Source of the DNA: Rebecca billardiae RCC1528
Lineage: Eukaryota; Protista; Haptophyta
Assembly (NCBI GenBank): GCA_965240325.2
Contig: OZ251222.1
Coordinates: forward strand, 3,286,001-3,350,000
Length of the DNA: 64,000 nt
Direction: 5' to 3'
Positions within the stretch are counted from its first letter, which is position 1. Every line of letters starts with the position of its first letter. The translations under genes and the position numbers were made by a program. A model generated the notes under the pieces. It had not been told where the DNA came from, ran no database searches, and was given only the letters and a program-made list of their open reading frames with translations. Below, piece by piece: positions 22,422 to 35,236 of the stretch.

Positions 22422-23747
22422 TAACGGGCGTCTGTACAGAGTAGTGCGTCCGACCGGGCCGCCCTCCAGCACGAGCCGCACGCTAGGTGGCGCGCTCCTT
22501 CCGCTTCCCTGCCGATTCAGATTTGACACCTGGCATCAATGGTCCAGTGAGCTGCGGCTGCTGCAGCCGCAACGTGCTGGCGCGGTGAGACAGTGCGGAC
22601 CAAGACCACAGCGGCACCGCGCGTGCGGCTCTCGTGGCAGCATCCGCACCGCGCGCGCAGGCGAAGAGTTTAGAGCGTAACGCAGGGCGACGCGCGCGCG
22701 CGGCGAGCGAGCCGGGTCACCACCGCCCGCATTCACATGCAGCCCCCGCGCGCGCGGCGCGCACCATGACCATCCGCCCCAGTGCCATAGTGCGCAGCGC
22801 GGCGCCGCCGGGTCGCAGTTCATGGGTCGTTGGACCGCATGCCGTGGCGCGGCGCGACGGGCGCGGCGCGGCGTTGCCGCGCTTGCTTCTCCCGGGGGCC
22901 TGAGCCTACTGGCTGAGGCCCCCACGCGCGGCGGACTCCGCGCGCGCCCCACCTGATGTGCGCGCGGCGCGCGGCCGCAGCGCGCGGCGGGCGGCGCTGG
23001 CCATCGAGCCTCATGCGGGGCGGGCGCCGTGCGGCGGTGCCGCTGGTGCGTATTCGGTCTCGTCAGATGCGTGCTCGGTCTCGTCAATCGTTACCCGCGT
23101 CGCTTGCGGCAGGCGGCCGCCCCCTTTAGCGGTTGTCGAGGCCAACCAACGACGCTTGGACGCCTACGGCCGCGCGAAGCGACGGCGCCGAGCGGGCGCG
23201 CGCGCCTGGTACGAGAGGTAGACTCCCACATCGTGCCTCCACACCCCGCCCGCGCCAGCGCACCCGCCCCTGGCGCTCTTCCCGCTCGTCGGCGGCGCTC
23301 GGCACCCGAGCCGAGCCGAACGCGTGCACGGCGCACGACGCAGCGCGGCGCGACGGGCGCGGCGCGGCGCGCTCGGGCGAAAGTCCCCCGGGGCTCCGAG
23401 CGTACGGGCCGACGCGCCCACTCGCGGCGCGCCCCGCGCGCGCCCCGCCAAATGCGCGTGTAGGCGCGAGGCGCGGGTCGACACGCTCGGGTGCTCGGCG
23501 CGGCCGTCAACAGCCCCCCCCCGCGAGTTGATGAGCGTCCCCGGATTCCATTTTCCGGACTCTGATTGATGCTACGCAAAGCCGCGGGGGCGGCCGTCCG
23601 TCGAAACGGACGTGCCCCCCCCGCGGAAAAACTGTGCGCCCTGGCGCCATACGGGTGGCCTGTAGTCCGGGTGGCGGCAGTCCCGAGTCCGGGCGGGCGG
23701 CTGCCGGCGCGTGCTGCGCGGCGGCGTGGCCGGGACGGGAGCCCCCC

Positions 23748-24020
23748 GTATCAGTGATACAGGCGAATACAGATTACAGTGATACATCAGTGATACAGGT
23801 GGCCTGTAGTAGTCCGGATTAGGCGGTAGTCCGGGCGGCGGGCGGCGCGCTGACTGACGTATCCTGGACACGGTGCCGCGGCGGCTGGGGCTGTGCAGCC
23901 TGTCGGCTCAGGGCCCTGTATCACTATCAGCCGGCCGTGATTGATACACAGCTGGGCTGTATCAGGTGGCATTGATACACAGCCGGGCTGTATCAGCTGG
24001 TGTTGGTGCCCACTGATACA
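23748..24020. repeat. Cluster of ten TGATAC/GTATCA motifs in both orientations
   Basis: Copies at 23748, 23755, 23780, 23791, 23918, 23942, 23959, 23973, 23990 and 24014; includes two TGATACACAGCYGGGCTGTATCAG hairpins. Confidence 0.85.
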
Positions 24021-24634
24021 GCCCAAGATGAGTATTGTCTAAGGGGGATCAGACGTGTGCCGCCGGCCAACCAGCGCTCGCGGACGGCTGCGCTTCTCGG
24101 AAACTACAGATTCTGGCAAAACTCGGGGGGCACGCCGGCGGCCGGACTGACCGTTGCTTCCTATGACCGTACCCCTCCGCCCCCGCCGTCACACGCGACA
24201 CGCCACACTGAGGCCCGTCCGTTGGTTGCCGGTCCCGCCCGGTACCGCCCGGCCGCGAGGCGAGACGAGACTCGAGGACGAGAGCCGGAGCGGAGAGGCG
24301 CGAGGCCGTGCAGCGTGCTGATGATCCTTGCCGATCAGGCGTTTCGAACTGGTGTGGCCAAAGGTTACGATCGTCCACCTTCGGAGTTCGGTGAGCGCCG
24401 CGCCCAGGCTGCTACGAGTCGAAGAGCGTGCTCTTGTGTCGGATGTGACGCGAAAGGCGCTGCGACTGGCGCTGCGAGTTGGCGAGCGTGCAGGCAGCGG
24501 GGGGCAGGGGCCACGGCTGAGGTCCGGCCGCGTGGCCGTCTGACGATCTCTGAGATCCATGAAGCCATCGGCGGACAAGGGCAGCGCTCGCGCCGACGCC
24601 AGGCGCCCGAGCCCTATCGCGTGAAGTACGCCGC

Positions 24635-25272
24635 TCACGAGCCATTCGCGAAGCCATCTGCCCCCTGCTGGTTGACGAGCTTTCGGAAGATGATTGCCTC
24701 CGTGGGGGTTATGTTCTTGTAGTAGTCGGGCACTGAGCCAGCCTGCTCGAAGCCGTGCTTCCTGTAGAAGGCGAAAGCCGCGTCGTTCCCCGTCTGCACG
24801 TGCAGATAAACCTCTTTGACATCCGGCTGCTCGGCCGCCTTTTTGAGGATGTAGTCCACCATCCTCGAGCCGAGTCCGAGCTGCCTGTATGGCTCCAGCA
24901 CGCCAAGCGTCAGCACGTACAGCTTGAACGTCATGTCGTCCTGCGGCTCTACTCGGGCGCAGATCGCGCCTACGAGCAGGTCACGAAAGTACACTGCATC
25001 GAGCACGGCGCGGGACACGACGCGCGGGCGCGAGGGATGCGAGTCTCAGCCTTGACAGCGCACGCGAGCGACATGAGCGTCGCTCGCAAGCAGCAGCTTT
25101 ATGCGCCCGCACCATACTGCGCCAGATCGCCCACCGTCAGGATGTCCCGATAGAAACGCTCCTGATACTGCACAGGGTAGAGCTGCTGGTTGAGCAAGCG
25201 GAGCTGGCCGATGTTCTTCTCCGTGAGGTCGCCAAAGTCGACGTCGCGGTCGCTCGCGACCGACGACGCCAT
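24635..25272 (-). CDS. NAA50: N-alpha-acetyltransferase 50 (NatE catalytic subunit), 2 exons
   Basis: DLTEKNIGQLRLLNQQLYPVQYQERFY, LYVLTLGVLEPYRQLGLG, YLHVQ, FYRKHGF, YYKNI; intron 24994-25112. Confidence 0.92.
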
Positions 25273-25599
25273 CGTCCTGGCACGGAGCCAAATGCGTGCC
25301 TGAACGTGCCACCGGATGTCGCCGCGAGCTCGCGATTCCGACCAACCGGCACTTCATTTCGTCTTCTTTTTTGATTATTGGATTTCCGCGCGGATTTTTG
25401 CAGGCCGGCGCCCTCGATGAGGCGCTGACGAAATCGGATCAAGGATGTACTTGAAGCCGGTGGATCCTGGAATAGTCAACTGCAAGGCCGCCCGCGGCCC
25501 GCCACGGTTAGATATCGTAGGATCCACCAGTCGGCGTTGGGCGGCATTGACGTCCGCGTCGATTCTCGTGGCGGTGGCGAGTGCAGGGCTGGGAGGAGC

Positions 25600-26805
25600 A
25601 TGGGCACGACCAGCAGCAAGGACAAGGGGGGATCGACCGATCGGCACGCGGCATCTGCGGCGAAGCGCATCGAGGCCGAGCCGGTTCCAATCACGAATGC
25701 AGATGTTGACTCGCATATCGACCTCACACTGCCCGGCCAGACGATGGAGCAGCGGCTGACGCAGCACGACTTCCACATCCTCAAGGTGATCGGGAAGGGG
25801 TCGTTTGGAAAGGTGCTACTTGTCACAAAGAAAGACTCGAGCCAGCTGTACGCGATGAAGGTGCTCAAGAAGGACGCGCTCATCAAGCGCAACCAGGTGC
25901 AGCACACCAAGGCGGAGCGACGCATCCTGCGCACATGCGACAGCCCGTTCATCGTGCGCATGCACTACGCCTTTCAAACGGCCGAGAAGCTGTTCCTCGT
26001 GCTCGACTACCTGCCCGGCGGCGAGCTCTTCTACCACCTCAAGCGCGAGCGCCGATTCGTCGAGGAGCGCGTGCAGCTGTACGCGGCCGAGCTCGTGCTT
26101 GCCCTCGAGCACCTGCACGGGCGCGACATCGTCTACCGCGACCTCAAGCCGGAGAACGTGCTGCTGGACGCCGATGGCCACGTGTGCTTGACTGACTTCG
26201 GCCTCTCGAAGGATGCGATCACCGCGGATGGCCGCACGCGCACGTTCTGTGGCACACCTGAGTACATTGCGCCAGAGATCTTGCAGGGCCTCGGCCATGG
26301 GAAGCCTGTCGACTGGTGGTCGCTGGGCACGCTGGTGTACGAAATGCTGGTGGGATTGCCGCCGTTCTACTCGACCGATGTGAACACGATGTACGAGAAG
26401 ATCCTCAAGAGTGATCTCACCTTCCCCGCATACATCTCGCCGCCGGCGCGCGATATCCTCGCCGCCCTGCTCAAGCGCTCGCCCGACCAGCGGCTGGGCG
26501 GCGGCGCGACCGACGCAGCAGAGATCAAGGCGCACCCCTGGTTCGCGTCGCTTGACTGGCAAATGGTGGCGCAGAGAAAGTACACCCCAATCTACCAGCC
26601 CGTGCTGGCGGGCTGCGGCGACACGTCGCACTTCGACCAGGCCTTCACCGATCTGCCGATCGAGTCGCTGCCGACAGACGCCTCGAGGCCAGGCACCAGC
26701 CACGCGCAGCCGGGCGGCATGATGTTCGAGGGCTTCAGCTGGGATGGGTCCGCGAACGGTGCCGGGCTGCCCCCGCCACCCCCCCCACCGGGAGGCCAGG
26801 CATGA
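25600..26805 (+). CDS. AGC-family Ser/Thr kinase (Akt/SGK/S6K-like, no PH domain, predicted N-myristoylated)
   Basis: GKGSFGKV, YRDLKPEN, DFG, TFCGTPEY, hydrophobic motif FEGFSW; N-terminus MGTTSSK. Confidence 0.93.
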   Translation: MGTTSSKDKGGSTDRHAASAAKRIEAEPVPITNADVDSHIDLTLPGQTMEQRLTQHDFHILKVIGKGSFGKVLLVTKKDSSQLYAMKVLKKDALIKRNQVQHTKAERRILRTCDSPFIVRMHYAFQTAEKLFLVLDYLPGGELFYHLKRERRFVEERVQLYAAELVLALEHLHGRDIVYRDLKPENVLLDADGHVCLTDFGLSKDAITADGRTRTFCGTPEYIAPEILQGLGHGKPVDWWSLGTLVYEMLVGLPPFYSTDVNTMYEKILKSDLTFPAYISPPARDILAALLKRSPDQRLGGGATDAAEIKAHPWFASLDWQMVAQRKYTPIYQPVLAGCGDTSHFDQAFTDLPIESLPTDASRPGTSHAQPGGMMFEGFSWDGSANGAGLPPPPPPPGGQA

Positions 26806-27318
26806 CCCGTGGGGTTGGCTCTGCTGCCAGCTGGCTCGACCCGCGCGCCTAAGCGTTTGCATGTGGCGCGGCGCTGACGACCGTGCTCGGCCGCGTGCTC
26901 AGACGTCCAGACGAGCAGCGTAGCCGTAGTCCGAGACCGAGTCGACATGATTTATTGACATGAACTACTCTCGTGATTAACTACACGCCTAGCCCTATAG
27001 AGATCCGAGATCGCGCCCGCCGGTGGATTAGACTGGCGCGCCTGATCGGATGTGACGACGACGCGAGTGAATCATACGGCCGTCGCCATAAATACCCTCC
27101 ACCGCTGCTGCTGCATGATGAGTGATGGGCTGGCTAGCACGTCGCACCCTCATCAATCATCTTATATCATGGCAGCGGAGATCAGACTGCTGCTCCGCAC
27201 GACCGCGCCTCCGGTCCTCCGGAGACGGGAGAGTCGCCTCACAACACGCTCAGCATAACGGCGATGCCGAGCGCACATCGCTGCTGGGGCCACGTGGCCT
27301 TGCTGCTCAAGGAAGTTG

Positions 27319-28727
27319 TCACCGTGCCAGGTCGTTCAGTGCCTTGAGCAGCGACGCGGCAATGACGGGCTCGGGCGCGTCTGGCAGCACCTTGAGCATG
27401 TCTGCAGCGGAAGCCATCATGCGCTGCGCCGCGCGCCGCTTGCCGATGACGAGAGGGTCCGACATGATGAGCTCGAAGCGATGCGGCGTGCGCACGTACT
27501 CGAGCGTGGGCGCGCGCCCCTCCATGAGCACCACGCTGCCGCCCTCGCCCATCTTGGCGGCCGCGGCGGCGGCGAACGAGATCACCTCGCCCTGCGTCTG
27601 CTCGGCCACCAGCGGGATGTGCTTGCCGATCGATGCGTCCTTGAGCAGCGTGTTTGCCACCTCGGAGACGAGGTGCTTCATGCCCAGGCCTGAGATCTGG
27701 ATGTCCCACTTGCCCCCGAACTGGCCGAACTCGAGCATCGCCGTGAACTCTTTGAGCTGCTCTGGCGTGAGCACCTGGGAGATCTCGTACTTGCCTGCAG
27801 TCGCCGCCGGCGCCGGGCAGCAGAGTGGCGGGCGCGGGCTGCGAGTGAGCACACGCACGTAGACAGACGGGCGTGGACGGCGGAGGCGCGCGCGCGCGCA
27901 CCGGATGCGTCCGCCTTCAAGCCCAGCTGCTGGCAGCGCGTGACGGTGAGCAGCGTGAGCGCGCGGAAGACGTTGCCGTTGGACCAGGTGACGGCATTCG
28001 GCAGCGCGTGCTTCACGCGGTCAACCGTCGTCCCCTTGCCCGTGCCTGAGAGCCCCTGCAGCACGACGACGCAGCCGTTCTGCGCGCCGTCGCCCAGCGC
28101 GCTGATGATCTGCTGGGCCACCTCCTCTGCCGACTTGCCCATCACGTCAATCTTCGTCACGGGCTCGACGGGCGGATTGGCCTCGATCACGCCGCGCTCA
28201 ATGGCGACCTTGATGCCCGCCGCCAGCTTCTCGTCGTCCAGCGCGTCTCGTTCGATGATGGCCTCCATCTCGCGCGTGGAGAACGCGGTGAAGGGCGCGT
28301 ACTCGTCGAAGACGCCGATGATCGCGTTGCTCGTCATGTCATCCTGCCGCATGAGCACGCTCTGGTTGAGCGCGGGCACACCCTGGAAGCCTGCCGTTGC
28401 CAGCACGTGGTGCACGTGGCACCAGTACGCGCGCCAAAACTCCGACTCGGTGCAGTGCTTGGGGACGAGCTTGTAGACCATCGACGCGATGGCTGATGAG
28501 GCCATGGCGTGCTTCTGGCTCAGCTCCTTGAACCGATTGAAGTCCCACAGCTCGGGCAGCAGCTCTGCACGAGGCACGCGGGCATCGCGCACAAATGTCG
28601 TCGGGTCGTGCGAGGCCACGCCCTCGATGGCTGTGCGGATCTCATCGGTGGCGGCCGCATTCTCGCCCTCGAACCAGTCGTCTGGCCAGTCCCCCGCAGG
28701 CTGTCCCACCACCACCTTGTTGCCCAT
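27319..28727 (-). CDS. BSD-domain / cytidylate-kinase-like P-loop fusion, 2 exons
   Basis: BSD signature YKLVPKHCTESEFWRAYW; kinase motifs VLQGLSGTGKGT, SNGNVFRA, VLMEGR; intron 27795-27901. Confidence 0.75.
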
Positions 28728-29128
28728 TCTCCCTGTCGCGCGAGTGCGCCGCGCGCGTTGCTCGGCCCAACGCGTGGAGATTCCAGCGCCCGCAGACGAC
28801 CGCGAGTCCGCGAACGCAGCCTACCCGCGAAATAAAATGCGAAGACGAAAAGGAATGATGCGAACATGAAGGCCAAATAAAAGGCAAAAATCGCGCCAGA
28901 GATTTTCTGGCCGCGAAAGTGGCGACGAAACGAAACCGTGTATTTTACTATTTTTGCTGGCGCCCGCCCGCGCGGCGGATGCTCCATGCTGGTGAGCTAC
29001 AGAGCAAGTGAAGCAAGCAGCGCGGCGAGCAGCCTGGCCAAATACGCGCGCTTGTTCGTCGGGCGGCCGGAGAGGAGGCAGGCTGGCCGCTCCCCGAGGA
29101 GCGGCAGCCGCCCGCGCGGCCAGTCGCG

Positions 29129-32100
29129 ATGCTTCTGGAGGGCATGCTGGGCTCCGTGGGCAGGACAGACCGCAGCTCTTCCGTCAGCGTCGACGGCCGG
29201 GACGTGCGCGTTGCGGCAGGCGCGCCCAAGCGCCGTACTTCAATACTCGCGCCACCAATACTTAGGGGTGGCTCGCGGAGGGCAACCCTGGCGCCGTCCA
29301 TGGTTCGGCGCAATACCGTGAAGCACAACCCAGAGATGGCGATTCAGGTCCTCAAGGCCATGGGCGCTGACGACGACGCACGAGTCATGCGTCGCACGCT
29401 GCAGCGCCGCATCCGCACCGGCGTGACCAAGATCTCGTGCGAGATGCAGGACACGGTGATCGCCGTGGACATCTCGCCCGACGGCCAGTACTTTGTTGCC
29501 GCGGGCAATAGCCGAGAGGCTGTGGTGTACAACGCCATGAATGGCGAGGAGGTGGTACGCGCACGTGCACGCGCGCGCGGACCCGGGGGTGCGTTGTGCC
29601 CTTGCTGATCGGTGCTGCCGCGCTGCACCACACGTGCGTGGCTGCGGTGGCCACGCCTGCGTGACGGCGGCATCCACGCGCCCTCCATGCGGGCGCGACG
29701 TGCAGTGCCGCATCAAGGTCACGATGGCCATCACGAGCGTCAAGTTCACCCACGGCCCGCGCACGTCGGACGCGGAGTCGGACGATGGCGTCCCGCGCCG
29801 GCTGGGCCCGCTGAGCGCGAGTCGCGAGCCGGGTGGCACGCAGGAGCAGCCGGGCGAGGCGGGGGCGTGGACCGCGATACCGCAGAGGGTGTGGACGGGC
29901 ATCGTCCCGCACCGCCAGCCAAGCGGCGGAAACTCTGCGAGCATCGCGCACGGCGGCAAGGCGAGCTCACGTGGCGCTGCCGGCGCCATCGGAGCCGGCG
30001 GCGAGCAGGCGCGCTCGCTCAAGCTGCTGATCGGCACGTACGCGGCGGGCGAGAAGCCCAACGTGCTGCTGGTCGACGTGATGAGTCAGGTGCGGCTGAG
30101 CGACGCCCTCTTCGGCCGCGACGAGCAGCGCTGGAACGTGCAGACCTCCGCTGTGACCACCAACGGCAGCCTGTACGCGGTGGGCGGCGACTCGCAGCAC
30201 GTGCTGCTGTACAGAATCAAGCTGGCGCCCAGCGCGCGCGCGCGCGCGGCGGAGCTGCAGGCGGGCGGCGGCGAGCCGCTGCACGAGGGCGCGCTGCAGA
30301 TGGCGCCGGCCGGCGAGGTGCGCTACCCGAGCCACGTGACGGCCGTCTCGATGAACGCGGCGGGCACGCTGCTCGGCATCGCCGGCGACGCGCAGCGCGT
30401 GCAGCTGTGGACGCTTGTCGACCAAGGGGCCAGCGGGGCCGTGCACGCGCGGATGGGGTACCAGTTCAACTGCCACACGGCGATCTACGGGCTGGACATC
30501 TCGGCGAACGGCTTCTCGGTCGCGGCGGGCACGAACAAGCGCACGGAGGTCTGGCGCGTGCGGTACGAGCTGCCGTCGGAGGTGGACACGAACCTGAAGG
30601 CGGCGGCGCACGCGGCCGGGCAGCCGGCCGTGCGCAGTGCGGGCGGCGGCGGGGAGCGCTTCTCGGCCGCGCAGCTGAGGGCGCGGCTGCGGTGGAAGGG
30701 CGCGCGGCGAACCTTCTCCGACCAGTCGCAGAGCGACCTGCAGCTCCCGGGCTCGGTGGTCTCGCTCGGCATGGCCGCGCGCTCGACGGGCGGCGAGCTC
30801 GATCTGAACTCGCTCTCGATCGAGCGGATCGCGGGCCGGCGCTTCAACAGCAGCGCCTCGCTGGGCGGCGGCCAGGAGGCCGACGCCGCCGACCTCAAGC
30901 GGAGCGCGGCGGAGGAGCTGACGCGCCGGCTGTCCAACACCGCGAGCAGAGCCACGCAGGACGCCGACGGCTCGGCGGCGGCGGGAGGCGGTGAGCTCGG
31001 GCTGGGCGAGGCCGGGCAGCTGATGCACGAGCAGCTGTCTGTGCTGCTCGGGAATGGGCGGAGCAGCAGCGCGCGCCGTCGCGCCGCGGCGCAGCACCCG
31101 GCGATCCACTGCGAGCCGGTGCAGGTGTTCGAGCAGCCCGCGCCGCAGGGCGGCGTCTCCTTCTCGCGCGACGCGTCGCGGCTCGCGATCGCGGGCGACC
31201 AGCTCGTGACGCTGCACGACGTGCAGTCCGGCTCGACGCTGCGCTCGTTCAAGCAGGGCGGCCGCGTGCGCTGCGTCGCCGTCTCCGCGCTCGGCACGGA
31301 GGTGGTGAGCGGCGGCTTCGACAAGCGGGCGTCGCTCGTCGCGGCGGACGCGGGCGCGGAGCTACTCGAGGCGCGGGGCGTCATCGACGTGGTGCGCTCG
31401 GTGCACGTGCTGGGCGAGCTCTTCGCCATCGGCGGCTCGACGCGGCAGGGCGGGCTCGCGCAGCTCTTCACGACCGCGGACGGCTTCAAGACGCCGCTGT
31501 GCGAGTGGCGCCGCGCCAAGGAGGTGCGCTGCGTGCACCTCACGCGGGGGAAGGCGCTGCTGGCGATCGCCGGGCACGACTGCATCGTGCAGCTCGTGTG
31601 CACCGTCACCTTTGCCACGCTCTGCGAGCTCAACTACACGGGGCGCGGCGGTGTGCCCCACTTTGTCTGGAGCGTCGACATCTCGACCGACGTGCGCGTG
31701 ATGGCGGTTGGCTGCTGGTCGTCCAAGGTGCACGTGTACCTGCTGGGCAACGTGCCGGAGGCGCCGACGCCCGAGCCAGTGAGGTCCTCGCTCGTCTCCT
31801 CGCTCCTCGGCCAGCGCGCGGCCGGCGCGGGCAGCGCGGTCACCACCGTGCTCAGGCAGCGCGTCGTCCGGCCGACCGAGGTTGCCGTGCTCAGCCGCGG
31901 CGACCGCGTCTACTCCGTCTCGCTCGACGGCGAGGGCTCGAAGCTGCTCGTGGGCGGGCGCGACAAGACGGCGGCGATGTACGACCTGAGCGAGACGATC
32001 GGCAAGAGCCGCCGCGAGCCGCGGCTGCTGTGGGAGGAGCGCGTGGACGAGTTCATCTACACGGTCTCGATGTCGCGCGACTGGTCGGTGTGCGCGTTTG

Positions 32101-35040
32101 GCGGCATGGGCAAGTCGGTCAAGGTGATGACGGCGCACTCGCACCAGCTGCTGTTCGAGGTGCCCGTGGCGGGCACGGTGCACGCCGTCTCCGTGCAGGA
32201 GGACGGGCAGCACATCGCCCTCTCGGGCGAGCTGCCGCACATCACCGTGTACGACCGGCGCGGCGTGGAGAAGCTGTGCATCCCGATGGGCGACGACGCG
32301 TTCTGCGTCTCGCTCACGGCCGCGTGCCTCGCGTACACGTCGCACCGGCACGCGGTGCTGTTCGGCCGCTCGGGCCACGCGTTCGGCTGGCAGGACCAGC
32401 CGTCGTGGACGATGGCGACGAAGATCATCCGCTCGTCCACCGAGGAGAACCTGCTCCGCTTCCTCTCGCGCGTGCTCGACGCCAACCCGTCGCTCGTCAA
32501 CTCACGCTCGAGCGCGGACGGCGGCTCGTTCCTCAAGTTCATCGTCGAGATCTCGCGCGACGCGGACATCCTCGACCTGGTGCTCAACGCGTCGACCTCG
32601 ATCGGGCTGCTGCCGGACGGGCAGCTGACGACCGCGCTGCACATGGCGGTGGAGAACGGCAACCGCACCGCGATGCGCCGCATCCTCCGCGGCTTCCTCT
32701 CGGGGCGGCTCGCGCGCATGCCGGGCTCGATGCGCCAAGTCTTCTCGTGCTTTGAGCTGATCGCGAAGCGCTACCCGCACGACTTTGTCGACTTCATCTC
32801 GGCGGTCGAGCTCGAGCCCGAGCCGGAGGTGCTCGACCTGCAGGACTCGACGGACGTGGTGCTGCCCGCGATGGTCGTGAAGGGCTCGCCGTACCGCTAC
32901 CCGAAGGGCATCTGGCAGAAGGTGATCGACCGTTACAAGATCTCGGACGAATCTGCCGGCCGCCAGGTGCGCGACGAGGAGCCCGAGGAGGACGGCGACG
33001 ACGAGGACGAGCCGCAGAGGAACGGCGCGCCGCCGAGGCCGCCGCCGCGCAAGAAGCCGCCCGGCGCGCCCATCGGCCAGGGCGGCATCGACGGCGATCG
33101 CGGCGGCGGCGCGAACGGCGGTGCGTCGGCGCACGGCATCACGGGCGGCGCGGGCGCGGGAGGCGGCGCGGGGGCGCCGCGCGCCGCGGAGCCGCCGCCC
33201 CAGACCGCGCGCGCAGCGCCGCTCAAGATCCGCCGCTCGACGGCGCTGCTGCGCTCGCTCGGCTCGCGCGCATTCGAGCCGCCGATCGACGAGGGCCTCG
33301 CGCTCACCAAGTCCGCCTCGTCCGGGCTGACGGCGCTGCGCGTCCCGTTCCAGAACTTTGCGGGCTTTGGGCCGTTCCGCAAGGGGCAGGTCGGCTCGAG
33401 CCCGCTGCAGCTCGTCTCGCTCGCCGCGCGCACGACGGGGGACTACTCGGTGTTCGGCGCGACGCTGGTCGAGGCGACGCTCGAGTACAAGTGGGAGACC
33501 TTCGCGCGCCGCCAGTTCTGGTTCGAGCTGGGCCTGTACCTCGTCAAGATGGCCTTCGTGTACGCGCACGTGCTCGTGGTGCTCTTCCCCTTCTCCACCA
33601 ACGGCACGGCCGAGACCGTGATCGGCCTCGGCCTCGCCGAGCTGCGGCAGCACGAGCTGTGGGCGTGGAGCGTGTCGACGTGGCTGGCGACGACGTACTT
33701 TGCGCTGATGGACGAGTGGAACGAGCTGCGCCAGCTCCTCACCGCGAACACCCTCGCTGACTACCTCGGGCTGTGGAACTTCTTCGACCAGCTGTTCATC
33801 GTGCTGCAGCTCACGGCGAACGCGCTGCTGCTGCACGCCGCGCTCACGCCAGGCGCAGAGTACATGCTCGGCGGGTTCGCGCCGCTCATGCGCATCGACG
33901 GCGCGGGCGGGCGGCTCGGGCGCGTGCTCCGCGCGGGCGGCGGCGGCGGCTCGAGCGCCGAGCTCCTCCCCTCCGACCTCGAGCCCGTGTTCCAGGACGA
34001 GGACGGGCTCGTGCGGCTGATCACGATGTGCGAGGCGATCGTCTTCCTGTGCGTGCACCTCAAGCTGCTCTACTACGCGCGCGGCTTCACCAAGCTCGGC
34101 GTGCTCGTGCGCATGATCATGCAGATCCTCATCGACATGGCGCGCGCGCGCGCGCGCGCCGCCGCGCGCTGCGCGAGGCGCGCGCGTCCACGCGCGCGCG
34201 CGCGCTGACCGCCCGCCCGCCCGCCCGCCCGCCCACGCGTGCCCGCTGCCCTTCCATCCGCGCGCCGCGCGCAGCTCTCGTTCATGTTTGTGCTGTTCGT
34301 GATCCTCGCCGGCTTCGGCTTCGCGCTGTACGTGCTGCGCCGGCACCGGTACACCGAGCTGTCCGACATCGTGGTCGCCGTGATGAGCGTGGTCGACTCC
34401 GGCCTGTACGCCGACCTCGCGCCCGAGACGTACCAGGACGCGGGCGTGGTGCAGCTCGCCGTCTTCACCACGTTCATGATCATCACGCAGATCGTGCTGC
34501 TCAACCTGCTGATCGCGATCATGTCCGACTCGTACGCCAAGGTGCGAAGCGGGCTGGGCGGTTGCGCGCCCACACGCGCGCCCTGCCGCGTCGCGTCGCG
34601 CCGCGCGCGCTCACAGCGACGCGCGCTGCGCACGCCTCGCGTCTGGGCCGATGCGTGCGCGCGCTCAGGTGCGCACCCAAGCGGAGCTCGCGTCCAAGTA
34701 CGAGAAGGCGCAGGTGGTGCTGGAGATGGAGGTGTCGCCCCCGCTGCTCGAGCGGGTGGTGTCGACGCTCTTCGGCCTCACTGACGGGGACAAGTTCCCG
34801 CGCTGGCTGCACGTCCTGATGCCCGAGGCAGACGAGGTCAGCCAGTCGGCGATCAGCGCGGGCAGCACATCCAACGGCGCCGAGCGCGCGACGGCTCCGC
34901 GCGGCGGCTGGCGCGCTGGCGTGGGGCTCGAACAGCGCCTGGATGCGCTCGAGAACAAGCTCGATACGGTCATCGACGTGCTGTCCGCGAGCGAGGCTAC
35001 CAAGCGCTCGGGCGGCATTTTCCAGCGAGCCATGGGATAG
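29129..35040 (+). CDS. TRP-like cation channel with large N-terminal WD40 region and ankyrin-like segment, 4 exons
   Basis: Many WD40-like strands ([21 protein letters not shown]); TALHMAV; LEYKWETF; S6 motif [16 protein letters not shown]. Introns 29555-29705 (GT), 34140-34274 (GC), 34542-34668 (GT). Confidence 0.82.
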
Positions 35041-35236
35041 CCGCTTGCGAGCTGGCTGCCGCCATCGCTCCAGATCGATCGATCTTATTATTTCGGCAGC
35101 GGCACAATACAGTATTCGAGGTCTGAAACGGCCGGACAAAACGGTGTATCGCTTCGCAGCCATCTCGCGCCCCATTGGTCCGTCGCGGGGCCGCAGTGGG
35201 ACAGCGGCGACTCCGACGACGGCGCCGACGCCCGGG

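Noticed and set aside
22375-23760. Protein-coding gene in the GC-rich block
   Set aside because: Only short motif-less ORFs; no consistent exon model found.
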